Shown: positions 17,792-28,222, numbered from the stretch's first letter. The stretch: 64,000 nt of DNA from Microcoleus sp. (GCA_052279835.1 CP181291.1:2048001-2112000); one strand, 5' to 3'. Notes: generated by a model not told the origin, from the letters alone. Made by a program: numbers and translations.

Positions 17792-18371
17792 TGCCAAAGC
17801 TCGGCATTTGAATGCCCTGATTTTCATCAGACTCTACAGTTGGCAAATCCAAACCTTTAGCCTTGCGGCTGCGCACCGCCAGACGGTAAGTTACGCTCTG
17901 CAATTCTGTGTGCAGTTGGCGGTTTTCCTTTTGTAGTTGTTCCAATTTTTCCTTAATCGGCTCGATCCGCTCGGCAAACTTCTGGCGGTAAACTCCGGGT
18001 AATTCCTGAACTACCTGTTCCAGCATCCGAGAGCGATCGGTCAATTCTTGCACCGACTGCCGCAGTTGGTAAACTTCAGCATCCCGCTCGGCGATTTGTT
18101 CTTGATAAAAACCGACCTGTTCTTCAACAGCTTGCAGTTGTTCCCGCATCGCCTGCACTTGAGCGCTTTGGCGATCGGAAACCGACGGTGCCGGCACAAA
18201 ACTGGTATTTCCCTTCACCAGTCTGAACAGCTCTTGAGACAACTGCTGCACCAATTGGTCGCGCATTTGCAGTTCTTCGTTGAGACGAGACACTTCCGAT
18301 TGCAGTTCTTTGGTGCTTACAAGTTTACTGGGGTTCATCATCACCAATCCTTTTGGGCTAACATTTGCCAA
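17784..18371 (-). CDS. Coiled-coil protein (Npun_F5560-like)
   Basis: RDQLVQQLSQELFRLVKGN and long heptad repeats; start uncertain. Confidence 0.7.
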   Translation of the reverse strand: MANVSPKGLVMMNPSKLVSTKELQSEVSRLNEELQMRDQLVQQLSQELFRLVKGNTSFVPAPSVSDRQSAQVQAMREQLQAVEEQVGFYQEQIAERDAEVYQLRQSVQELTDRSRMLEQVVQELPGVYRQKFAERIEPIKEKLEQLQKENRQLHTELQSVTYRLAVRSRKAKGLDLPTVESDENQGIQMPSFGNV

Positions 18372-18542
18372 TAAATCAAATAGTTTACAGAATTATCTAA
18401 CTCACTGAGACTGTGCAATGCAGCAGTCCCGCTGATTTTCTGTCACCACACTTGAGTTTTTTTTAACAAAGTATCTAATTTTATTGTATTTTCTGCTTCC
18501 AAGATCCGATCGGCCCATCAAAGCTCTACCAATCAAGCCGAT

Positions 18543-19136
18543 CTAATTAATTACAGCCGAAAGCACCAGCCCTGCTTCATCCAAGCAGCCCCCAAAACAA
18601 ATAATCCCGTCCTCATGGCCCGCCATCGCCAGAATTTTGCGATCGCCCAAATTCTCTTCCTCAAACAGCCTAAACATTTCCCATGCCATCCCAGGAGTCC
18701 CGTAAGGTATCTCTTTTCTAGTAGTCGGAATCTGGAACAGCAGTTGCTGCCACAGTTGAGGGTTATGAACGTGAATGATACCACCGACATCATCCCGATG
18801 AAGGTACAGCGCCGCGTGAGTCAGAGACTCGGAAGAAGCTGGTACCGGCCCGCGACAGCCCAGGAAATTTTTTTCCAAGTTAAATTCGGTGACAGTACAG
18901 TAGAATTCAGGCCCTAGAGTTGACAAATGTGCTGTCTGGGTACCTGAAATTATGAACTGGCAAGAATTACCGAGTCTGACGCTCACGTTACCAAAGCCAA
19001 TGCCATTGTCGTAGACCCCTATTAGTCCCCAAGAGTGGAGGCGATCGCGCCATGCCATCAAATCTACTATGGTCTCGACAGATACAGGTTCTGCAAAAGT
19101 CCAGTCACAGTGGTACTTAACGACTCCTTCATCCAT
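18543..19136 (-). CDS. Class II aldolase/adducin family protein
   Basis: GNVSVR, SSESLTHAALY, IIHVH, MAGHEDG. Confidence 0.88.
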   Translation of the reverse strand: MDEGVVKYHCDWTFAEPVSVETIVDLMAWRDRLHSWGLIGVYDNGIGFGNVSVRLGNSCQFIISGTQTAHLSTLGPEFYCTVTEFNLEKNFLGCRGPVPASSESLTHAALYLHRDDVGGIIHVHNPQLWQQLLFQIPTTRKEIPYGTPGMAWEMFRLFEEENLGDRKILAMAGHEDGIICFGGCLDEAGLVLSAVIN

Positions 19137-19814
19137 AAATTTTTGCCAATCAAAACAGTGGATTCAAGGCTGCATTAGCCTACATTCCAGTATCGCCGTA
19201 ATTGGCTATTGACATTACCAAAAAATAAAATATTAAAGAACAACACAGTATTAAAAACATGATCTTTTCGCCTCAATATATGGTTACAAACTTTTCCTAG
19301 GGAAGGCGCTGTTGGATCGCGCGATGCTGATTCCAGGATGTTGCTAAATCCAGGTTTTGATGTCAAACCTGCTTAGTTCGCTGATTTATTTCTTTGTCAC
19401 GAATCAAGTGTTTATATCGATCTCGCAGACTTTATCAGCAATTTTATCCAAGGTAATATACTTAATTTTGGCTATTTTTATTAAAAACAACCGTATATTT
19501 ACGTATTTGTCTTCATTATACATATCTGGAGCCAAACCGTCAAAAAGTTAATATTTTTTAACAAATGAGGTGGCTGATGGGCTGATTTCTGTTTCCCAAG
19601 GAGCCAATCCCGATCGCAAATCCGGGGAAAGCTACCCACTTTATAGTCGATCGCTAATTTCTCCCTCTCCTGGCCCCTCTCCTCGCCCCAGATGAGTTTT
19701 TGACGCGGATTGGCACAGGTTCCCCTGGGGCGATATCCTATAAGCAAGCCGATCGAGCAATCCGAAAACTCGATCGGCTAAGGTATTCAACGTCGGGCGA
19801 TCGCCCGCCATCCT

Positions 19815-20810
19815 TTAAATGTGAAAGTGATAAAAGATACTACCGTCGTCTTTAATTTCGCAATGAGCATTAAAGACTTCGGCTTGTTCGTTCAAAAAAC
19901 GCTGGGCGACATCCGGCGACAGTCGCGTCTCCATCGCAAATCGCACCAGAGTGATTTCCCCATTACCTTCTTTGATCAGTCGGTACAAAGCACTTTGGAG
20001 GCGATCGCTTTCTTCTCGTTGAAAAGCTGCTTTATACCTCCAATCCGCCACCGTGGGAATCAAACCGCGACTGACTAAAATAGACAGCAGCAAGCCAAGT
20101 CCCAAAATCAAAGGCACTGTGGGATCGGAAGTTGGTGTCGCCACAATTTGTGGCGTTTGGGAAGGGGCCAAACTACTCACCATTTCTTTCTCCGACGCTT
20201 GCGTATCCGCCATTGCAAGCTGAGTTTTGTTGTAAAAGTCTTGCTGAACCTTGATTTGTTGCAAAAGGCGAGCTCGCTCTCTTTCATATTGGTCGAGCTT
20301 TTGCTGAGCTTGTTTCAGTTCTTGAGTGACTTGTGCCAAGCGTTGATTGAGGGATTGATTGACGGATTGCCACCGATATTGGTTAATCAGGCGGCTCTTT
20401 TCCACCATCCCCTTCATCAACATATCCGCTGTTTTGATGGCTTGCTGCTGATCGAGCGATCGATACCCAACAGCAATCTCTAGCGGTTGTTCCGGCTTAG
20501 AAATCTTGACGCTAGCATTTTCTCTCACCTGCTGAGGCGACAACTTCACGGCATCTGCCACTGCTTTGACAACATTATCTGCCAGCAGAACATCCGGTGT
20601 CAGTTGTTCCCCTTGCTTGAGAATAGTCGTACCGGTGCTGGAAAATTTGACTGGCGGACTATTAGAAGTCAGAGTGCCTTGAGCCATGAATCCGGGAGGC
20701 GGGGCTAGACGGTAGGCAAGGGCCCCTGAAATGCCCATAATTACAGCAAAACTGCCTAAAGCAATCCATCTGTATCGATTAGCTGGTGATTTAAAACGTA
20801 AATTTGCCAT
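19815..20810 (-). CDS. Wzz/GumC-like membrane protein with a short coiled coil and C-terminal small domain
   Basis: Two TM segments around a periplasmic region (QGTL..NSPPV.FS.TG); C-terminal GEITLVRFAMET...GSIFYHF. Confidence 0.6.
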   Translation of the reverse strand: MANLRFKSPANRYRWIALGSFAVIMGISGALAYRLAPPPGFMAQGTLTSNSPPVKFSSTGTTILKQGEQLTPDVLLADNVVKAVADAVKLSPQQVRENASVKISKPEQPLEIAVGYRSLDQQQAIKTADMLMKGMVEKSRLINQYRWQSVNQSLNQRLAQVTQELKQAQQKLDQYERERARLLQQIKVQQDFYNKTQLAMADTQASEKEMVSSLAPSQTPQIVATPTSDPTVPLILGLGLLLSILVSRGLIPTVADWRYKAAFQREESDRLQSALYRLIKEGNGEITLVRFAMETRLSPDVAQRFLNEQAEVFNAHCEIKDDGSIFYHFHI

Positions 20811-21132
20811 TTTGATAGTCAAGTCATAACATTCGCTTGCCGCAGCTACTGCTAAACCAAAGAGCGATCGTCTCTTTCTTGTGAGTTAAATTGACTGCTG
20901 AAAAAGCTCTCAGCTTGTAGCGAAAAGCTCTGAGCTTTTCAGATTTGTCAATATCCAGGAGCAGAAACAGCCGATCGCGCTTTTATTTTATCAGAGCCAT
21001 AACCTCAGCTTTTGTCCTTAAGAATAAATCTGTTACCAGGATTTGGGAAGTCTATGGACTGCCAACTGGCACTTTTGACCCGATCGCCTCGCCGTGTTTG
21101 TTGACATTTAAAACTGTCACCTTTTCACCGCG

Positions 21133-21206
21133 AAGACTTAGGCTGGTCAGAATGGCTTGTTTGATTACTCTTACAAGCCCCGTCTCTTAAGAGCGGGGTT
21201 CCTGAC
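21133..21206 (-). mobile_element. Remnant of an IscB-type (HEARO/omega RNA) element 5' end
   Basis: GTCAGGAACCCCGCTCTTAAGAGACGGGGCTTGT...ACAAGC..TCTGACCAGCCTAAGTCTT; no iscB ORF nearby. Confidence 0.6.
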
Positions 21207-21405
21207 CCAATTATCTGACATCTTGGCTGGAAGCGGACGCAGTTCCACCAGGAAAAAAATCTTAAATACTCTGTCCAAAAAGTTATAGAACAAAGATTAT
21301 ACCACTTACCTATGAGTTTGCTAGAAATTTAAAAAATTGTGGAGCCGATCGATCTGACCAACTCCACATCATCATTTTGATTAGCAATGGACACAGGAGC
21401 AAGAT

Positions 21406-22320
21406 TCAGATGCCGATGGGTAAAATCAAGCCTTCCCGCGCCATTACCGCCTTGGGGAAAGCCACTTGCACTTCCAGAGCAATGCGATCGAGAAAATCGT
21501 CAGTATGAGCCGGATCATGGTGGAAAATCACCACACGCTTCACCCTAGCCTCCTTACCCATTCTCACCGCTTCCTGCCAAGTCGAGTGTCCCCAGCCTAT
21601 CTTAGGAGACTTGGGGTTGTGATATTCCTCGTCCGTGTACATCGCGTCATAAATCAGCACATCAGCATCAAGGGCGAGATTATAGATATTTTCATCCAGT
21701 CGATCGGGAAAATGCTCCGTATCCGAACAATAAACCACGGATCTCCCATGCCAAGTCACCCGATATCCCATAGCAGTATTGGGGTGATTCAGAGAACCAG
21801 TCCGAATCTCAATATCATCCAGCATCATAGTCTGGTTGTGAAACAGTTCGTTGAAATTCAAATCTGCCTGCAAGCCCATCAGTGGCACCGGGGAATTCGA
21901 GTGTAGCACCCGTTCCACAAAGTGCCTCTTCAGGCAATCTCCATCCGGTGGAGTCGCCCCGTAAATATCAAATCTATTCCCACGGATAAAAGCGGGAGCA
22001 AACAGAGGAAACCCTTGGATGTGATCCCAATGATAGTGAGTAAAAAACATATAAGCTTGCACCGGCATTTCTTGCAGCAACTGGTCTCCCAGCATCCGCA
22101 AACCAGTACCGCCGTCAAAAATCAGGCGTTTTCCACCCACACGCATTTCCAAACAAGAAGTATTACCGCCATAGCGAACAGTTTCTACTCCCGGTGTCGG
22201 AACACTGCCCCGCACACCCCAGAACTGCACTACAAAATCATCTATACCTTCCATTGCTTCAGACTGTTGAGGGCAATCATCAAAGGGAGTTGCCGCTACA
22301 GAGGACAAGCTGATTTCCAT
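21406..22320 (-). CDS. MBL-fold metallo-hydrolase
   Basis: FWGVRGS, YGGNTSC, THYHWDH, WGHS, FHHDP. Confidence 0.92.
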   Translation of the reverse strand: MEISLSSVAATPFDDCPQQSEAMEGIDDFVVQFWGVRGSVPTPGVETVRYGGNTSCLEMRVGGKRLIFDGGTGLRMLGDQLLQEMPVQAYMFFTHYHWDHIQGFPLFAPAFIRGNRFDIYGATPPDGDCLKRHFVERVLHSNSPVPLMGLQADLNFNELFHNQTMMLDDIEIRTGSLNHPNTAMGYRVTWHGRSVVYCSDTEHFPDRLDENIYNLALDADVLIYDAMYTDEEYHNPKSPKIGWGHSTWQEAVRMGKEARVKRVVIFHHDPAHTDDFLDRIALEVQVAFPKAVMAREGLILPIGI

Positions 22321-22321
22321 T

Positions 22322-23422
22322 TTAAAATTCAGACTTTAAGGTTTCACATTGTCCGTAATGGCGGAGGAGATGGTCGCACAACACTAAAGCTACCATCGCT
22401 TCCACCATTGGCACTGCTCTTGGCAAAACGCAAGGGTCGTGCCGTCCTTTTGCAGCCAGCAGCGTTTCTTCTCCCTCGCGGGTGACTGTACGTTGCTGCT
22501 GACGAATGGTCGCAGTGGGCTTGAAGGCTGCCCGCAGAATTATATTTTCGCCGTTAGCAATGCCACCCTGAATTCCACCAGAACGGTTTGTTACTGTACG
22601 AATCACACCCTGTTCATCAGTATAGTATTCATCATTGTGTTGGCTGCCTGTCAGGAGAGTTCCTGCGAAGCCCGATCCAATTTCAAACCCTTTGCTAGCT
22701 GGCAACGACATGATAGCTTTGGCCAAGTCAGCTTCTAGTTTGTCGAATACTGGCATTCCCAGACCTTTGGGTACGTTGCGGGCGACACATTCAACCACAC
22801 CCCCGATGGAATCACCGCTATCCCGAACTTTTTCAATAAGTTCAATCATTCTTTCGGCACATTCAGCATCTGGACAGCGAACTATGTTGCTTTCTACTTG
22901 TTCTAAGGTGACAGTATCGGGGTCTGTAACACATTCTAAGTCTTTGATGCGTTTGACATAGCCGACTATTTCGACTCCGGCTACTTGTTTGAGAATTTTT
23001 TTGGCGATCGCCCCTGCTGCTACTCTACCAATAGTTTCCCTTGCCGAACTGCGACCACCGCCTTGCCAGTTACGAATTCCGTATTTAGCATCGTAGGTGG
23101 CATCAGCGTGGGAAGGGCGATAGGTAGTCGCCATTTCGCCATAGTCTTGGGGACGAGTGTCTTGATTGCGGACTAGAATGGCGATCGGCGTTCCCAGAGT
23201 TTTCCCTTCAAACACCCCGGACAGAATCTCGCAACTATCAGCCTCTTTACGGGGAGTCGTAATTTTGCTTTGGCCTGGGCGACGGCGATCGAGTTCTGCT
23301 TGAATTTCCGATGCGTCAATGGACAGCAGTGGCGGGCAACCGTCAATTACCACTCCCACCCCACCGCCATGAGATTCGCCAAAGGTCGAAATCCGAAACA
23401 AATGCCCAAATGTGTTGCCCAT
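22322..23422 (-). CDS. aroC: Chorismate synthase
   Basis: [26 protein letters not shown]. Confidence 0.98.
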   Translation of the reverse strand: MGNTFGHLFRISTFGESHGGGVGVVIDGCPPLLSIDASEIQAELDRRRPGQSKITTPRKEADSCEILSGVFEGKTLGTPIAILVRNQDTRPQDYGEMATTYRPSHADATYDAKYGIRNWQGGGRSSARETIGRVAAGAIAKKILKQVAGVEIVGYVKRIKDLECVTDPDTVTLEQVESNIVRCPDAECAERMIELIEKVRDSGDSIGGVVECVARNVPKGLGMPVFDKLEADLAKAIMSLPASKGFEIGSGFAGTLLTGSQHNDEYYTDEQGVIRTVTNRSGGIQGGIANGENIILRAAFKPTATIRQQQRTVTREGEETLLAAKGRHDPCVLPRAVPMVEAMVALVLCDHLLRHYGQCETLKSEF

Positions 23423-23622
23423 GATGCTTTAGCTTGAAACCTAATAATTTTTAGCTTAAATCGAATAGAGATTTACTGTATTTCTGAAAAATATACCATT
23501 GACGAGTATGCCACAGGCGATCGCCCCACAGAATCACTCCCTTCCCGGTAGAAGAATATCTACCAGGGAGAGGGGGATGGGGCATAAAAGCATTAATCTG
23601 ACTGATGACTACTGACTAATGA

Positions 23623-23754
23623 CTAATCTTCGTGTTCTTCAAAAGGATCTCTCAATTCCTTAGCGGGAGGGCCAAAGGCGGTGTATATCGAAAAGCCGGT
23701 GATTGCCACCAGACACACGCCCAGGGAAATGCCTAGAACTGCTGCGGGTTCCAT
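23623..23754 (-). CDS. psbN: PsbN (43 aa; not in the ORF track)
   Basis: [43 protein letters not shown]; divergent from psbH. Confidence 0.96.
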   Translation of the reverse strand: MEPAAVLGISLGVCLVAITGFSIYTAFGPPAKELRDPFEEHED

Positions 23755-24084
23755 AGTTTTGATCGATTATGAGTGCTCCTCCTCATAATATTACAAAAAA
23801 TAACATTTTGTGTAATATTATATTGATTTGAGACGCCATAGGATATGGAGGCGACACAGGGGTAAAACCAAGGTGACGAGAAGGAGTGTCTGCAAGCTCA
23901 ATTGTATTTTTTACTTAGGTTGTTGCCAAAACCTGAAATCCTTTCTACCAGCGCATTTTTCTCATCTTTTGCCACAGACTCACTGTCCGCAAGTTCCGAT
24001 CGCCCACTAGATCCCGAAATTGCGATCGTCATTAGCGGTGGAAATATGTCAAACTTTTCTGTAGAGATTCATTGCAGGTGACTT

Positions 24085-24288
24085 ATGGCACAACGGACTT
24101 GGTTAGGAGATATACTCAAACCCCTTAACTCTGAATACGGCAAGGTAGCCCCCGGTTGGGGAACTACTTTATTGATGAGTACGTTTATTGGACTGTTTTT
24201 TGTGTTCTTGTTGATTATTTTGCAAATCTACAACTCTTCCCTAATTCTAGAGAATGTAGATGTAGATTGGTCGAGTCTTGGCAGCTAA
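24085..24288 (+). CDS. psbH: Photosystem II protein H
   Basis: [18 protein letters not shown]. Confidence 0.97.
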   Translation: MAQRTWLGDILKPLNSEYGKVAPGWGTTLLMSTFIGLFFVFLLIILQIYNSSLILENVDVDWSSLGS

Positions 24289-24446
24289 AAATTGAGCCCG
24301 CAAAAGTCAGGCTACAAGTGAAAGCTGAGGGTAGAGGAGAAAGGATAAAAACTAATTTTTCCCATTTTTACTTTTTTCCTTGCCCTTTTCGATTACTTTA
24401 TCCCTAAATAAATGATAACTAATTAAATCGATCGCAGGAGCAACAA

Positions 24447-24707
24447 ATGAATATTTTTGGCATTGGTTTGCCGGAAATGGCAGTAATTTTTACGATCGCC
24501 CTATTGGTATTTGGTCCGAAAAAATTGCCAGAAATTGGTCGCAGTATGGGCAAGGCACTTCGCGGATTTCAGGATGCCTCGCGGGATTTTGAGTCCGAGT
24601 TCAACCGGGAAGCCAAACAATTAGAAGAAGCCGTCGCCAGTAGCAGCAAACCAGAAACAGAAAAACTCGCAGCAGCTAATCCCAAGGAAGATAGCACAAA
24701 CAGTTAG
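24447..24707 (+). CDS. tatA: TatA/E translocase subunit
   Basis: FGIGLPE...LLVFGPKKLPEIGRSMG. Confidence 0.93.
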   Translation: MNIFGIGLPEMAVIFTIALLVFGPKKLPEIGRSMGKALRGFQDASRDFESEFNREAKQLEEAVASSSKPETEKLAAANPKEDSTNS

Positions 24708-25370
24708 ATGAATAAGACTCAGAAGTCAGAAACACCAGCCGAGTTAGTGATTCCGCAGTTAATAGTTGGCCTAGGAAATCCCGAACCAAAATACGATCGC
24801 ACCCGACACAACATTGGTTTTAATGCTGTCGATGCCTTGGCACAATCTTGGCAAATTTCTTTGTCGGAAAATCGCAAATTTCAAGGCATCTTTGGCGAAG
24901 GAAATCGGCCGCGGGGACACAAAATTCGCTTGCTGAAACCGCTGACCTATATGAATCTTTCCGGTCAATCAATTCGTGCGGTGGCGGATTGGTACAAAAT
25001 ACCTCCAGAATCGGTGTTAGTAGTATACGACGATATGGATTTGCCGATCGGGAAAATCAGAATGCGACTTTCCGGTTCCGCAGGCGGGCATAATGGCATG
25101 AAATCAGCGATCGCTCATTTGGGTACAGACAAATTTCCCCGCTTACGCATCGGCATTGGTAAACCTCAAAACGAAGTTTCTCAGAAGGAGAAAGATACCA
25201 TTTCCTTCGTTTTAGGAAAATTTTCCTCAGAGGAAACCCAGTTATTAGAAAATGTGCTTAAACTGGTTAGAGAAGCTGTGGAACTTAGCCTCCATCAGGG
25301 AGTGGAAAAGTCCATGAGCCTTTACAACAGTCGCACGATCGCAGCAATAAATGCGGACACAAAAAGGTGA
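24708..25370 (+). CDS. pth: Peptidyl-tRNA hydrolase
   Basis: VGLGNP, TRHNIGF, KPLTYMNLSG, GGHNG, RLRIGIG. Confidence 0.97.
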   Translation: MNKTQKSETPAELVIPQLIVGLGNPEPKYDRTRHNIGFNAVDALAQSWQISLSENRKFQGIFGEGNRPRGHKIRLLKPLTYMNLSGQSIRAVADWYKIPPESVLVVYDDMDLPIGKIRMRLSGSAGGHNGMKSAIAHLGTDKFPRLRIGIGKPQNEVSQKEKDTISFVLGKFSSEETQLLENVLKLVREAVELSLHQGVEKSMSLYNSRTIAAINADTKR

Positions 25371-25633
25371 GTTCGAGACGTTTACCTGAAACTACTGCAT
25401 ATGTCCGGGTTACTGGTCAATCTTGGCAAAAAGGCACGATTGAAGGTGAAGTAAGTGCCGGCAGTTTCGAGTGGCAGTTTCAGTGGCGTTTCAGGGAAGA
25501 AAAAACACTGATACTTGAGCCTTCTCAAGGTAGGGCTTTGATTCAAGAACCCCTACATCGTTTTCTAGAAAAGTGGGATTATCAATTAGAACCTGGTGGG
25601 GATTATTCGTTCACGGTTCGTGCTGAGTTTTAA
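25367..25633 (+). CDS. DUF3146 family protein
   Basis: LPETTA.VRVT.QSW, PSQGRALI.EPL.RFLE..DYQLEPGGDY; usual position after pth. Confidence 0.8.
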   Translation: MSSRRLPETTAYVRVTGQSWQKGTIEGEVSAGSFEWQFQWRFREEKTLILEPSQGRALIQEPLHRFLEKWDYQLEPGGDYSFTVRAEF

Positions 25634-25688
25634 GATTTTTGCGATCGTCATTGCGAGGCACGAAGCAATCGCAAGAGTTATGATAGTT

Positions 25689-25877
25689 GTAGGGTGTGTC
25701 GCCCTCGAAAATCCCCGACTTGCATATCGACAATCTCATAGCAACGCACCTTAGATAATTTATGAAAACTATTGCTACGAAAAAATGTTAGGTTTGTTTG
25801 ATTAATTATTTTGTCAGGTGCGTCGCGAGGAAATTGTTGGTTTTTCTTGAGGAATTTTCGATAGCGACACACCCTAC
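25689..25877. repeat. REPIN/MITE-like element with 14-bp TIRs
   Basis: GTAGGGTGTGTCGC ... GCGACACACCCTAC with internal CGCACCT/AGGTGCG; half-copy at ~28521-28588; relatives at ~45285-45372. Confidence 0.75.
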
Positions 25878-25885
25878 GGCTACTA

Positions 25886-25949
25886 AGAAACCGGGTTTTT
25901 CCGAAATTTATGGTTTTCAACAACTATTGTCGTAAAAAACCCGGTTTCT
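25886..25949. repeat. AGAAACCGGGTTTTT...AAAAACCCGGTTTCT dispersed repeat
   Basis: Second copy at 54338-54401. Confidence 0.8.
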
Positions 25950-25979
25950 GGCCCCCGTGCATAATAAACGCCTAAAAGT

Positions 25980-26043
25980 GTCATTGCGAGCTCAAGCGCG
26001 AAGCAATCGCAGAGACTGGGATTACTTCGTACCTCGCAATGAC
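25980..26043. repeat. GTCATTGCGAG...CTCGCAATGAC palindromic repeat
   Basis: 11-bp terminal inverted repeat with inner CGAAGCAATC/GATTACTTCG; half-copy at ~25647-25677. Confidence 0.75.
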
Positions 26044-26094
26044 AGACGCAGATGAACGCGGATTAACGCAGATGGCAGATGAAATGCGGAATAG

Positions 26095-26406
26095 TCAATT
26101 TGTTTGTGGTGATTCCAGCAATTCTTGAATTAAAGCAGGCGCAGTTGCTTCTCGGTAAGCGCCACAATAATACATCGTCAAAACTGCTTTGTAAGCCCAG
26201 TGATTTGATGGCACATCGGTAAAAGGATTTGGCAGAGTTTCCGCGCGATTCTGTACGCAAGCATTGAGGATTTGTTCGCGGGTTGGCTGGACTTGAACTA
26301 AAGAGTTATTTTGCTTTGTTTGTGCAGGATTTTGTGCTTGTGCGGGAGATAAACAACAGGCACTAACTAACAGTATAAATGCGGCAACGATTCTGATTTT
26401 AAGCAT
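26095..26406 (-). CDS. Small secreted protein with a single S-layer homology (SLH)-like motif
   Basis: Signal peptide ending AQA; PFTDVPSNHWAYKAV. Confidence 0.75.
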   Translation of the reverse strand: MLKIRIVAAFILLVSACCLSPAQAQNPAQTKQNNSLVQVQPTREQILNACVQNRAETLPNPFTDVPSNHWAYKAVLTMYYCGAYREATAPALIQELLESPQTN

Positions 26407-26462
26407 CTCATTACTTTTTGTGCGACAATATATCCTAACTTCCACTGCATTCCCTGAAAACT

Positions 26463-27228
26463 ATGCCGAGTTCTATTCTCCGCAATCGTTATCAAATTAT
26501 CAAAGACTTGGGGAAAGGCGGTTTTGGCGACACTTACCTAGCCAAAGATTTAGAGTCACCCCGACAGCTCCACTGCGTCGTCAAACATCTTAAACCGAAA
26601 GACCCCAATCCCGCCATTTTACCAATTGCTAAACGCTTATTTGACACAGAAGCTCAAACCCTGGATAAATTGGGTAAGCTACATGACCAAATTCCCACGC
26701 TTTTCGATCACTTTGAGGAAAAGGGAGAATTTTATTTGGTGCAAGATTTTATCGAAGGACATGACCTTACCAAAGAACTGATTCTAGGCAAAAAATTAAG
26801 CGAATCCTATACTATTAAATTATTGCATGATATCTTAGAAATTTTAGCCATTGTTCATCGGCAAAAGGTGATTCATCGTGACCTAAAACCTGCTAACTTA
26901 ATGCGTCGCCAAGATGGTAAAATTATCTTGATTGACTTTGGGGCTGTCAAGGAAATTAGGACAATAGTTGTGAATGCTCAAGGGCAAACGAAGTTAACTA
27001 TTGGAATTGGTACTCCTGGTTATATGCCGAGCGAACAAGCGAAGGGCAAATGGTAGTGCTTGGGAAAGTGATGGAGATAGTAAAGAACGACTGATGCGCG
27101 GTGGTTCGTGGTACGTCAATTCGCGGGATTGTCGTTCGGCTAGTCGCGACGACTTCGCTCTGCCGGACAGGGACGACACCTACGTCGGCGGTTTTCGAGT
27201 TGTGTGTGTGGCTGCGTGGACTTCTTAG
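26463..27228 (+). pseudogene. Internally deleted Ser/Thr kinase - FGE-sulfatase/CLec fusion (DGR target-like)
   Basis: Kinase subdomains I-VIII ([31 protein letters not shown]) stop abruptly at 27056; out of frame follows NGSAW...RLMRGGSW...CRSA.R...GFRVVC. Confidence 0.85.
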
Positions 27229-27314
27229 CCCTTTGCTCTTTTGCTCTTTTGCTCTTTTGCTCTTTACTCTTCTTTCTTTTTCCCTCTCGCGCGTAGCGCT
27301 AAAAATATTTTTTT
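27229..27314 (+). other. Pyrimidine-rich (TTTTGCTC)n tract and short GC-rich element after the VR-like region
   Basis: CCCTTTGCTCTTTTGCTCTTTTGCTCTTTTGCTCTTTACTC...CGCGCGTAGCGC. Confidence 0.5.
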
Positions 27315-27390
27315 TCAGATTCACCGCACAACAGATTATAATTAGAAATATTGATTTTTCTCACGAATAGTCGCATAGGAGATTTACAAA

Positions 27391-27855
27391 ATGAATAACC
27401 TATTAGAAGAAACTTTTGCCACCGTCTCTCAACTACCCGAAGCAGAACAAAATGCCATAGCATCCTTAATTTTAGACAAGATATCAGCACCAAGAGTCGC
27501 GCCTTTCCTCATTTCCCAATCAGACATCGAAACTCTCGAAAATTTCTACATTTTCCGAGACAAGACAGAAGTCATTGACTTTATTAACAAATATCCGTTT
27601 TTACTTCCCGTTGTGCTAGAAGCACCGGTTCAGATTAGCCATTATTTTCCCGAACAAAAACTGTTACTTCAAGTCATCAATGACCCCGAAATCCCTAACT
27701 ATATTCATCTGGTTCTCTCAATCATCTTAACAGACCTCGCTCCCGATGAAGCAATGGATAGAGAAGATGAATTGCGTAAAAATTGGTCTAGGGGATTATC
27801 CCATGAAATTCGGGAGCGTTTTTATACGATTTTGGAATATACTGATGAGTTTTGA
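27391..27855 (+). CDS. Hypothetical protein, probable antitoxin of the HEPN gene
   Basis: EV..FI..YPFL...EAP..I..YF....L.LQV..DPEI; overlaps the HEPN gene. Confidence 0.65.
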   Translation: MNNLLEETFATVSQLPEAEQNAIASLILDKISAPRVAPFLISQSDIETLENFYIFRDKTEVIDFINKYPFLLPVVLEAPVQISHYFPEQKLLLQVINDPEIPNYIHLVLSIILTDLAPDEAMDREDELRKNWSRGLSHEIRERFYTILEYTDEF

Positions 27856-28222
27856 TTGGTCGCAATACCTAAATTTAGCAAAAGAACTTGCTGGTCAAGC
27901 AACTATTCCTGCTGAACAGGAGGCGCGATTGAGGGATGCTATTAGTCGTTCCTATTATGCTGCTTTTATCTTAGCGCGGAACTATTTGCGAGATAAAAAA
28001 GGTCATTCCCTGCCAAAAACTAGCGATATTCACCGCTATGTTTGGCAAGAATTTGATATTAATCCTGACTCAAGATATCAATTAATCGCCGATAATTTAG
28101 CAGTGTTGCGCCGATATCGAAATCAAGCAGATTATGACGATGATTTTCCCTTATTATCTGCGATTGCTACTATTGCTATCAAGCGTTCTCAAGAAATAAT
28201 TTATAACCTAAATAATCTCTAA
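27845..28222 (+). CDS. HEPN domain protein
   Basis: FDW..YL.LA, AISRSYYAAF, RNQADY; start at ATG 27845. Confidence 0.85.
   Translation: MSFDWSQYLNLAKELAGQATIPAEQEARLRDAISRSYYAAFILARNYLRDKKGHSLPKTSDIHRYVWQEFDINPDSRYQLIADNLAVLRRYRNQADYDDDFPLLSAIATIAIKRSQEIIYNLNNL

Noticed and set aside
27090..27228. A complete DGR in this window
   Set aside because: No second copy of the VR (template repeat), reverse transcriptase or Avd was seen in these 64 kb.
26998..27370. ORFs 26998-27324 (-) and 27101-27370 (+)
   Set aside because: Alternative-frame products of the VR and the (TTTTGCTC)n tract.
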